Assembly: GCA_002633005.1 (NCBI GenBank)
Contig: NMRA01000247.1
Coordinates: 458,350 to 522,349, forward strand
Direction: 5' to 3'
Source of the DNA: Phoronis australis
Taxonomy: Eukaryota; Animalia; Phoronida
Length of the DNA stretch: 64,000 nt
Each line of letters starts with the position of its first letter. Position 1 is the first letter of the stretch. Below, piece by piece: positions 1 to 11,460 of the stretch. Below the pieces are notes generated by a model, which saw only the letters and a program-made list of their open reading frames with translations, was not told where the DNA came from and searched no databases. A program made the translations under genes and the position numbers.

Positions 1-992
1 CCAAATGACAAAAAAAAACACCTGAGCCAAAGCCAACATGAATGAAACTTGTACAAATCTGCAATGTAAATGCCCAGAAACTGCAGTGCATATTTCTTCC
101 CAATCCATGTCAAAAGTACGGATAAAATACCAAAATGCTTCAAATAGCACAAAGCACATAGGCTAAGAGAATACCTGGTAAAACAAGAATACTTAAAACT
201 TGAAATAACCACACGAGTCAATACTTGAGATGTCAAAGTGCCTAAATTGTCAGCAACTCAAACACCTTTTACTTTTGTCTGAAGAGGAGACCTGAATAGC
301 CTCAATACAGACACACCGTTTTACATATTTTTGTTGTATCTTTTGATGATTTGTTATATGTCCTTATTAATAGGATCAACAAAGATACCTTGAGATTGGC
401 AAAATCTGCATCAAAATCATAAACAGACAACAGTACAGTGACTTCAACCAATTTTTCACACAAAATTATGGTTGTAAAATAGCTTGTGCAGTGATAGCTG
501 CCAATATTCAACGTTCTCAAAAGGAACTACTGACCAGTGATCTGTCAACAGAATAATTTCACCGCGGGCAATCTGAAGAACTTCATGCAATACAAAGAAT
601 TCTAATTTATACATAATTGCTGATGTGCGTTGTAATATCCAACTCAATCAAGAGTATCGAGTGGCCAAACAGATGTCATAATTCATCAAAGTTCACCTTA
701 TTACCGTGGAAACGGTGAGAAAAGAGCAAATTTCGGTCAGCAAATTAAAGGTTGGAATTTTTCCCCATTTATTGGGCCAACATCAGCTAATGAGTTTTGC
801 ACACACTGTCTACATGTATTGCTGCTTGTATCAGGTTCATAGACTGGTTTGGTTTGATAACTTACTTATGGGCGACAGACAATAATTGTCCATGAATTGA
901 AAGACAGCCATTGACAAGCCAGGAGACAGCAAATATCACCTGACCACTGTTTACAGAAACTATTTCAAATTTTGCAAGTATATAGTTAACAC

Positions 993-1054
993 GTATTTTA
1001 TCCAAGTATAATTAAAATAGCAAGTATTTTATCCAAGTATAATTAAAATATCAA
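993..1054 (+). repeat. Tandem duplication, 2 x 31 bp
   Basis: GTATTTTATCCAAGTATAATTAAAATA(G/T)CAA twice. Confidence 0.9.
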
Positions 1055-2625
1055 ACGTAAGAACAAAACAAATTATTAATACATTGACTCCAGTAGTAAT
1101 GAAGACTGGGATAATATGAAGTGGTGAGTGTACCCTTGATGCATCTCAAACAGCAAAGCTATGAGGGGTACTTATTACTTTAAATATTCCCACTAGATGG
1201 ATCGACAACAATAAAAATGAAACAATTTCTTGGAAGCACAGCTCCAGGCGTGGTGATAAAAGCATGGCTGGTAAATTTCACAAACATCAATCCAGTAGTT
1301 AGGAAAAAAAATTGAATTAAGGAAACTTCTACCAAATTTCAAGAAGATCCTTCCCAAGGATTTGGTTGGCAATGAGCCGGATAACAAAAAATAGACAAAA
1401 TGTGCTAAGATTATCCAATAGGTCAAATTAGTAAAATTCTTCAGTGAATTGAACTGAGAGCCCTAGGAAAGTAGTCACAGTATAGAAGCTCAACAAAAGC
1501 CCAAGGCTGATTGATCTATTGTTAGAGTTAGCAAGGCTTGGTTAAGCATGACATTATCTGTTGTGACCTAATGTACAGAAGTTTTTAATCTACAATTTCG
1601 AGAAAATAGCCTTCATAATGCCTTTTGGCAAGGTGGGACTTTGATTTTTAGAAATGGTGAACTGGAAATCACAACAGTTTTAAACGGTGTCTGAAAGAAA
1701 TGGGAGTTAGCAACTGATTGCTAGGATTCCAATTCATTAGTTAAGGGATCTCCACACATAACAAACAGTGCAAATGTGTCTGGATTTCAGAGGGCTTCAG
1801 GGGTGATGCATAGAAAATCTCATCACGCCCATCCAAAAATGGGCAGATGCTGTCCTCTCTGTCATAAGAACAAAACTGCTAAATTACACGAGTAATCATC
1901 AAATGACTTGATTGGCCAGAAAAGAGGGTGACGTCCTAAAGTGAAATTGCCCCTCGGGGGTTCAGTGATAAACAAATCTGTCCAACTGAGTACCTACAAG
2001 TGTGCTTCATGTTCTGCGCAATTTAATAGGGTGTAAATCTGAAGCTTTGGTAGGAACACGGGTTGCAATTTTCTGTTTAGGATGGTAGAAACATGGTGAC
2101 AATTTTCAAGGCCCAGCGGCAATCTGCTACCCAAATATATGTGTTGTTGACCTGCAGGATTTGAAAATTGGTTTTTAATACGAACACTAAACCAGGACAT
2201 TAAAAACAGGTTTTAAATCAAAAATGAAATGCCAAGTATGAAGTGCAGCATTGCACTTAATTAAAATAAACAACTTTTTAACCAAATTAGTCTGCACAGA
2301 TGTGCATCCAAGCAGAGTGGCTTCAAGTCGTCTGCTGCACAAGTAGTGAGACAGCATACATGTGAAACAGGCGACGTAGGTCACAACAAAAATGGAGAAT
2401 CAAATCATGTCATGGGTAATGGGCGACTCGAAGCTCACTAGGTGGTCAAGTGCATGCATTCCAGTAGTCACCTTAGCTCTTAAGTCTACAAATGGCTATA
2501 GGAAAATGAACTGCTCTTTGCCAATTCTATTCAGATGTCAAAAAAGTGAAGCCTTTCTGTATTAGTCTCATCTAGTGAATAATGAGTTGCCAATTTTTAA
2601 AAGAAATTACAACAGAACTACTAAC

Positions 2626-2877
2626 CTCTGCTCGTTACTTTGATATGTGCACTGGGCATGCCCGCGTGAGCTAATAGTCGTTGCTCTTCTGACAACACCT
2701 TCTGTTTCTTGGGAGCCGGCTCATCATCTCTTAGCAGGTCTGGCTTCGAAATAGTTTCCGTTTTCTTCATTGCTTCCCTGGCGGCTTCCTCCATTGCACG
2801 CGATGCAACCTCCATGGCGATTTTGCTCCTGATTGACAAATCGTGTGGAGGAGAGGATGGTGGAGTCCTATCATCAT
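2626..2877 (-). CDS. ARID3: ARID3 coding exon 6 (NLS-like PAPKKQK; start of REKLES domain, EEQRLL...SAHIKVTSRG)
   Basis: Acceptor TTTGTAG|ATG and donor AGAG|GTTAGT; 252 nt, phase 1/1. The remainder of REKLES-beta was not found in 1-2625, so the gene probably continues beyond the window. Confidence 0.9.
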
Positions 2878-3308
2878 CTACAAATGAATACACCTTACAA
2901 GAGGAATGATACTGAATGTTACAAACACTAAAGTGAATGTAACTTTTCAAACTATTTCTTCATAACATATTTTAATATGACACAACTCAAATAAATACTA
3001 CGGCCTCAAGAAGGCTATTTTCATGATATAGAAACATGCAAATGGGTCTCTTTTAGTGATTTCATACGTGTTTTGCCAGAAAAGAGAATTCCAGTACCAG
3101 CTGGCTTCTTCCACATCCACGTGCTCTCACAGACACTCTCACGAACTTAATTTTGTTGTTGTGCAGATCAAGCATCAGATATGAAATGCGACTTCTCCAT
3201 TTTCAACTTTTAGTAAACAACACAAATGAACATCAGTAACTTTTTACTACTTTTTGTCATCTAAATCAAAACAGATATAAGTACACATAGTACAACAAAT
3301 CAACTTAC

Positions 3309-3589
3309 CAGAATGATTGGCAGAGTGTGGCGGCTTAGGACATAATGCCAACGGTGGACTGCCGAACCCATTAAGATGTCCGTTCAAGTGGCTGTTAATT
3401 GCTCCGAGACCACTGAAGAAACCCCCATTCAAATGAGGTGAGACCAGCGTTGGGGCACCGGGGGACATCTCGTATCCATAGCTGGACCGGCGACCCTCTC
3501 TTCTGTTGCCGTCTATGGCAGCTTGAAGTTCTGATGGTGAACTAAGCTTTAGTTTCTCACATTCGTACGGGTAGAGGTACTTCATGTAT
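3309..3589 (-). CDS. ARID3: ARID3 coding exon 5 (YMKYLYPYECEK...ELQAAIDGNRREGRR plus Gly/His/Pro-rich linker)
   Basis: Acceptor GTTTTCAG|ATAC and donor TCTG|GTAAGT; 281 nt, phase 2/1; ARID3-specific C-terminal ARID extension. Confidence 0.97.
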
Positions 3590-4005
3590 CTGAAAACAGG
3601 TGGAATTTAAGTGTAAATAAAAGTTTGTTTACTGTCATGTGACCAACAGTAAAATATGCAGATAATTCAAATATTTGTTCGCAATCAAAAGAATTATTTT
3701 TTCAATTGCAAAAACAAAATGCTTTTGTAACAGAATTGAGCATGCTACGGCAATATTGGAAAGAAGAACTGAAAATAAAATAATTTACCGACCAACCTAC
3801 CCATATCAGAGGTGTGAAGGCCAGGCGGTAGTACAAAAAATATTTAAAGGACGACATTATTTAAGAGATTGCCACAAAGTTTGGACAAATTGAGCAAAAT
3901 TTTTATTACAGGCCTAATTTGTTCTGAATGTGAATGCAATTATTTTGGCAGAGGAGCTTAAAACGTAAATGGGCAAATCAGAAACAGTGCAATAATCATG
4001 TCATC

Positions 4006-4014
4006 GTGTGTGTT

Positions 4015-4061
<47 letters not shown>

Positions 4062-4067
4062 GTGTGT
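4006..4067 (+). repeat. (TG)n microsatellite
   Basis: Read directly. Confidence 0.95.
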
Positions 4068-4267
4068 ATTGCGTGAAGTATAAACACAGTACTCTTGTTC
4101 AGGGACATGAACTATTAAAACAGAAAATGCTGTTAAGGTTTAATTCACTACCCATATGAACAGCCCCTATAACAACATGAAGCACCCTAAAGGGAGAGAC
4201 ACACACACACTGAGGTGTTTATCAGGGAGAATGCAGTGAGTGTCTTAGTGAAGGTAACTATACATAC

Positions 4268-4451
4268 TGTGTCCTGAGTGTGAACGCAGCGCTTGTGATG
4301 GAAGAAGGAAGATTGAGTCCCTTGGTTATCTCACGCCATAGCTTCTTGTTGATGACTTCTACCAATCCTCCTTTGGACACTACCAACTTGAAGAGCTGAT
4401 AGAGGTCCAGGGTTTGCTTAGCCATGATGGGGATACGGTTCACGGGTGTAC
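4268..4451 (-). CDS. ARID3: ARID3 coding exon 4 (184 nt, ARID core GTPVNRIPIMAKQTLDLY...SAAFTLRTQ)
   Basis: Acceptor CTCTTAG|GT and donor CA|GTATGT; phase 1/2; canonical ARID3 core sequence. Confidence 0.98.
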
Positions 4452-5639
4452 CTAAGAGTAGAATTAATACAATTACTTGTATATACAGTTGCAGCAATTT
4501 CAGATGACTACAGTGCAGTTGTGACCTGGATGTCACTATTTCAGAGCACCTATGAAGATAAAGTAACTGATGGGATAAAACAATTCTTGTCATGATTCTC
4601 TCAGATCATTAATTCAATACAGGTATTTTGCATATTATACCGATAAGAAAACATTAAGATAGGAAGGAAATGCAGAAAAAATATACCGAAGTAACATAAT
4701 GTGACCAGCAGACGACATCGGGATCAGATTAATGAAACTTAATTATTTTGCTTATTGATTTTTTCCAACATCTAAACTAAATAACGCAAGAATGCATAGC
4801 AATCATGTCTTTAACAGACAACAAAAGATGCCATATAAAAAGCATTCTTTCTCACAATTATCACCAGTTTAATGGAGATATTTGCCAATTTTGCTCTAAA
4901 ACCCCAATAAACAACTTAAGACTTTCTTAATGATGTTATTTATAACAGAGTACTAGATGTGTCCATCAAGTGAAAAACATATCAAGGATGTTTATTCTGT
5001 TTCAAGTCAAGTGTATCTGCAAGCTAATTGAACCAAGTAACACAGACCAAATACTGACAGATCTCATTGGTTAAAAATGATCAAATTAACTGTTTATGTT
5101 GCAACACTTCATGAAAAATATATCAATTGGTAAACTAAGCCTTACTATTCTACCACAAAAAACTTAATGTCATTTTTTCGAGTAAGGTAAACTTTCCAAA
5201 AAAAAAAACAAAAGCAGCAACACACATAATCTCTAACAAATGGTGACGGTTCATTAGTTTCAGTGCATTAGTTTTTCAGAGCATTATATGTTCTTTTTAT
5301 CCTTTCAATAGTTTAACTAATGAATCAAATTAATTTCAACCATTCTCTAATAGCAAGAGGCAGAAGCCATTAGCTTCAAAACCATTCAAGAAAGAGAATG
5401 CAACAGAGTATGGGAGTATCCAAAGAATTTGACAGAATTGACTTTTGATTGTCTCTGCATTCCAGTGCTTTCATTAGTTCTCGCTATAATTTCACCCAGC
5501 CATGGGATTAGGGTGTGAACAACGATTAGATTAATGATGACACCAACCGAAACTTTTAAAAGAGATGTCCATTGATGTAACATTGGCAGACAACCCTGGG
5601 GTGAGGTAATACCACACTTTCTAAATTAGATGTCATTCA

Positions 5640-5699
5640 TTAATAAATCACACAGGGGTAAATGACTTCTTAATAAATCACACAGGGGTTAAATGACTG
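5640..5699 (+). repeat. Tandem duplication, 2 x ~30 bp
   Basis: TTAATAAATCACACAGGGGT(T)AAATGACT twice. Confidence 0.9.
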
Positions 5700-8520
5700 T
5701 GGGACACCAGTATCAAACAGAAATCTGCTATCTTTCTGAAGTTGATCACCATAATCTCCATATATCCTTCAGGAGACATTCAGCTGTTAGACTGGTGGGG
5801 TACCTTCATTCCTGATGCGCCAGATGACACAATATGTATAACCCAGATTAGGAAAATCACATTTCCCAGTAGACCACTTGTGGGTTTCCAAACTTGAACA
5901 GAAAAGTGGGAAAAATCATTCTCTTGTTGCATAACCTAAAATAAGGTCTTTAACCCCCCAAATGGAAAACCAGCTTGAGGTCTCACAAACCTTGGGACTT
6001 GGACATACTTCCATAGAAGCAAGGAACTCGACAAAATGCAAGACTTGCGAAATATCGCCATGCATTACACTCACAAAATTCTTGCATCTATGAAACGTAG
6101 ACCAAATTAGCAACATGATGTGAAGGAAAGTGGGACAAAAATCCTCCACAGTTTATGCGTCACAACCAGGTCATGACAATGGTGAAGGAAAGCAAACCTA
6201 TAACCAAATACAGGAGACTCCCTGGCAATGGCAATGTTAGCACTGAATTTCTTGGTGACTGGATAATCGAACTATAGCGAATACCGCACACTGCTTCTTT
6301 AAACATGCAAGTCAGGGTAATGTTTAAACAAAATAACAAAAATAATGGACAGTGACATAATGAAAATTATTTCTGGTAAATAGCGGTTCACAAATTTTCT
6401 GTCCACTTTTCTTGGAACATTTTGTGCAGTTGAAAAATTGTACCATCCAGAGCTATGTCCATATTTTTTCTTATTATTTGCGGTCTTTTTTGAATAGTCA
6501 GCAGCAACAATTTGTTTTTGAGTAACTTGGAAGAAGCAATCAGAGAGCTGATCACTTTACTGCATCTCAAGTTTGTGCAGAACTCATGGCATTTCTATTA
6601 AATGTGATTTGATATAGCAACTAATTCAGAATACAAGAGCGACAATGGCAGCTGTCAGGTGATTTGTTATAACGGTGAATGCATAACGTTCACAGACAAA
6701 GGGAAAGGCCAATACAGACTTCAGGTTTTGGTACAGTTTCATACAGTATGAAGAGCAACTGAAATAAGATGATGACTAGTTGCATATCGCTGTCAAATTA
6801 CGCAGACAACAGCTTCCTCAGACTTTGGATCATTATTATTCAGCAAATGACATCAGACAGGTAAACACTTACTAAGGCTATATACCCATAAACATGCATA
6901 GACACATAGAATAAGAGAGCACAAACAACAGGTGCACTAACTTTAACAATTGAATTCACAATAAAACAAAAACCCACTTTGATATTTTTGTATGAAATTC
7001 TCACGAGAGGCGCCACTTACTTTATGTGCTAATCTTAGCTTGCAGTACATGTACAAGGATGGTGAGAAATTCTGATACTTTCGTACTATCTAGCAACAAA
7101 TTTTAGTAATGGAAGTGCAAATCCAAAACAAGCTCTCTACTGCTGGCTGCTTTTTCCATGTGCTTAGAGTCAGCAGACATATACGCCAGAAGTAAATCTG
7201 ACTGACCCAGCAGGAGCCGCTAGTGAATAGTGTGGTTGAAGCTTCAGTCCTGCATTGAGAACATATAGAAATGGTGGTCCATGTACTACTGTTTGTAAAT
7301 AATCTCTGTCAAATGTTCATGAATTTAATGGAAACTGACACTGATGTGTACGAATATCACTGCTGGTTCATAACTTTTATATTACTAATAGTAACAAATA
7401 TTAACAAATATAAACCCATATTTTACTAGTGAACACATACATACAGATTGAGCATGTTCAACACCTATGATATACATGAAGAACCTTGCACTATCCAGCC
7501 AGAGATGAACCCAAAGATTTGCATATTTCTTGGAATTACTATACCCCACATGCATGCTTTTCCACTTCATTCATTTTGATATAACAATTATTGAAATTAT
7601 TAGGTTTCATTTTAATATTATCAAATAATTATTGATGATGAGTTGCTTTTAAAATATAAATGGCATTAAGGCTTACTACTAATGTCGCAATGAAACGGTT
7701 TCTTTTTTAATACGAAAATATACCCAGAGTAAGTGCCATTGACACATAATGGTGAGAAAGAGATGCTATCCAGTTTAAAAACTTTCAACAATTCACTAGG
7801 TCAGATGGTGCTGAGAGCTGCTGTCAATTTCTTGAATTCCACCCCTAAGTCAATTTATTCCTATATTCCAGTGCACAGTGTGTTGATTAGGTTGATTTAG
7901 CGAAACACCAACTGGTAACATTCAAAGAGTGTTATATGTGCAATGCAATTGAAAACCATCTAATGCCAGGCAGACGGGTAATTTAAATTGCAATTGAAAA
8001 CGGGCAGTTTGGCCACTTGAGTCAGACACATTTCGGTTAATCTCAAATTCTGCTTTATATTTAGAATCCTCAATTCTCGCATCGTATCGTTGTATCCGTT
8101 CAATCATGGCAGAAGGATGTTCCGAATTCTTTACGCATTCAATTAAAGCCAGAACCCAGACTGGACACCATTCTTGATAGGGTAATTAGTTTGTTGGCAT
8201 GATATTTTCAGTTGCAATAAGCCACCGGATACAAAATGTTCTTCTGTCTTCCAAATGAGGACAAATAAATTCAGGAACACTTGCGGGTTCATTTGTGCCA
8301 TAAGAACACTGACTCGTACACTCTCAAGCTCATCACACTGACCGAAAAATGCAAGAAAACAACGATTAGGCGAGAACTGATAAGACCTCTGATGCAACCG
8401 AGACACAACACAATGTTTGTCAAGCCCGAGTAATTTCACAACTAAAAAATCATACCATTGGACAGTGCTGAAAGAAGTGTTGTGAATTAACAGTAATACA
8501 TGAAAGCACTCTCATCTGCT

Positions 8521-9140
8521 TGGAATGAAGCTCACTCTCAGTTGTATAGTACACTTGTGTGATGATCCTTCCTTAAAACACGTAGTGTTGAACATCTGAC
8601 AGGATGCACTGTATACGATGTTAAGTTTGAAGCATTCGAGTTGGCGAAATAAAACCTTGAGATCAAGTTAAATATCCAGTGGTAATAATGGAAACAATAA
8701 AACGTATAAATTCAACATCAATGTATTGATTCGTTATCTTCGAACATTCATTGCCAAGGAAAACACTAAAATGATAAAAGCGTGCAAAAAGCACCGCCTG
8801 ATGCCATAAAATGTTAGTACACATCATTATTCGATCCTAGCACATTGCTTTTCATGCGATAGTTTTGACCTTGATAATCAGCAGACATATATGAGAAGAT
8901 ACGGAATCAATACATCGATGTCGAATTTATGCATTTTATTGCTACCGGTATGCCTATGATTTCACAAGTGCTTAATGGATGAAACTCCAATGACAAGGTT
9001 TTATTTCGCCAACTCACACACAACAACAATGATCTTTTAAGATGAATGTTTGCAATGCATCCTGTCAGGTTTTCAACACTACATCCTTGAAGGATGGACC
9101 ATTACCAATGTATACTATACAAGAGGCAGTGTCATTCTAA
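8521..9140. mobile_element. Long imperfect inverted repeat (foldback / palindromic MITE-like)
   Basis: Arms pair over about 270 bp, including a perfect 22-bp GAGTTGGCGAAATAAAACCTTG / CAAGGTTTTATTTCGCCAACTC and a near-perfect GTAGTGTTGAACATCTGACAGGATGCA / TGCATCCTGTCAGGTTTTCAACACTAC. Confidence 0.85.
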
Positions 9141-11029
9141 GCTTATGGGAGGGACCAGGGGAAACATAAAATCTGCAAAATCACTTGCTTAAAAGAAATT
9201 TTGCTGCCAACATACAAATGCAAATGAAAATTATGAAACAATTTGGAGCTGTCAAATCTAAGTGGATTATTTTTAATCAAAATAGTGCGATACTCCACAC
9301 ACAAATTCCTTTGTTTGACTGTATACTCTGTACTCGCTCTCTAAACATAGTCAAAAGTAGGTTTTGCCACCCTTTCAAAAGAGAAAGACAACAAATGCAT
9401 TGTGATATAATGTAGATTTGTGGTATTTACTTCAACTACTCTAGTCTACCTTGTGATTGCAGAACATCAACTGTCCTAATATGATACACAATTGTACTCA
9501 GTAACCGTGATGAAGACCAGCTCATAAGAACACGGCTCTTTTTCAAGAAGAGAAGCTTTGATTTTTTTGCTCAAGTGAGGTTTAATTATTCTTCAGCAAT
9601 TGTTATGTGGAGCATAAAACCAAAGTTCTTTTGTCTTAAACAGACCCCGATACAGTATGAAAAAACTACGATCTTATATAATGTCGGTTTTGTTTATAAT
9701 ACAACAGAAATACCCACAAAATCAATTCCAGATTTTAAAAAGTTACTTTGATATCAAGTAATCTACATCCTTTATTCTGAAAAGAATCTACCTGAAGTGT
9801 ATCGAATGTTTTAGGAACATTTTAAATTGCAGAGAAGGAACTCGCGTTTGGGACATTACGCAAAAAACTTAGATAGTTTTATAAGACTTCTGAATTGATC
9901 ATCTGGTGTGCATTAAGCATTTATGGAGAGTATTAAATGGAAATTATGTGGCTCTTAATAGTAATCAATTCACATTTAGATATTATGAGGAATTATACAA
10001 CAATGTGTGGGACAGGATATGACGGCTTCCGGATGACCAAGTCTATACAACCAAGTGTCTTCACTGCTCAGAGCTTAAAGCGATCTTAAACCCAGGTTTT
10101 CTGTCACAAAACAAGTTTTGTTAAGGCCACGTACCATTATACAATTGATCTCAATTGTTCATCAAACAAAATAAGTGTGATTTCTGGGCTTTAATGTAAA
10201 GAACTGACACCCATTATTCCTTGAGACCTGGCTCATCAAATTATAAGTTAAAGCGTGACCTGAAATTTTATGAGCTAATTGGTCTGAAAAAAATAATGAC
10301 CCTGAGTCCTCATCTAGACTGAGTAAGGAACAAGAGAAAACCAAGCTTAAAAAGTTAAGTGGCCTAAATTAAAACTTGGATTTGTTGACAGGAAGCATTC
10401 ATGCAGCTTTAAATGCCCTGTAGAACACAAAATGTCCACTAATCTCCAACAAGTCATACAAAAAGTTACGTTAGGCATTGTTTTCATATTAATAATAGCT
10501 CCATGAATAACAACTGATAAAAATAATTGCCAAATTGACTACAGTACGTCAAATACCTATTCATGGATTTAATGAGTGAATGCTTTTTAATTGGCGGACA
10601 TTTCAACCTCACGGGAAACACGTAATCCTAATGCATTATATAAATTCTGGTTAAAAGGTAAAGTCGTTGAGTTAAACTTTTAGTTTTAGACCCAATTTGA
10701 TTTGCTTGGAACAGAAAATATGTCAAAATCATCATCATACCCGATATGTGTGTTGTTGAATTTGAATAACCCAACAACAAAACTTACTTTACTTCACAAG
10801 TTAGACAAATTGGTCACTTTCAGTACATTACAGCAAATTGCATGTCACATAAATTGGAACTTGACACCCATGCTGAGTGTGTGAAACACTCAATTATTTG
10901 AGTAAATGATTCGCTATCAAACGACATCTATTGTGAGATCTTAATTATGATGCAGCCCGACAGATACTATTATCATTAAGTATTGTTGAGGTTATGTATG
11001 CATTAGGATTGGATGTTTTATACAGTGTC

Positions 11030-11460
11030 AAAATAAAATGGAGTGATTGTGTCTCGGAGAGAGAGGAAGCGGGCTCTCCTCAGAGGGACTTGGTAGGGAC
11101 ATGGGTACGATGGTATTTTGCACTTAAAAAGCAGGCACCATTTGACATCCAAATTTTGTCCTGTAAGATGCCTTCGTATCTGGGCATTTTGTCCCATCAG
11201 GTATTTTACTTGGTATTTTGGTGTGATGTCCTTATGTCAGTCTGTCAACATGTCACCTGTGAACTTTACATGGAGGTGCTGGCCACTGACGAGACCGTGT
11301 TATCTCAGATAGGGTTTTTCATAGTTTCATTTTCCATTGGGTTCCCCTTTTCACAAATTGCACAGTTAGGTATTCCATTGGTCTTCTTAGTTTTAGATGA
11401 GTTGCACTTTCAATTCATTGGGTGGAAGAGATCCCTCCAAGAGCTACATGTTACCTGACC
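11030..11460 (-). mobile_element. Possible decayed LINE ORF2 C-terminal remnant
   Basis: Stop-riddled minus frame QWNT*L...NGK*NYEKPYL...KF...CLLFKC...Y..LRR.RF loosely resembles the post-RT tail of CR1/L2-group LINEs. The 154-aa plus-strand ORF is its antisense shadow. Confidence 0.3.

Noticed and set aside
900-960. Candidate last ARID3 exon (SGQVIFAVS on the minus strand)
   Set aside because: Poor match to the expected M/IEING..Y.GVLFA motif and no good acceptor.
10994-11458. 154-aa plus-strand ORF
   Set aside because: No recognisable domain or splice context; better explained as the antisense shadow of a decayed coding remnant.
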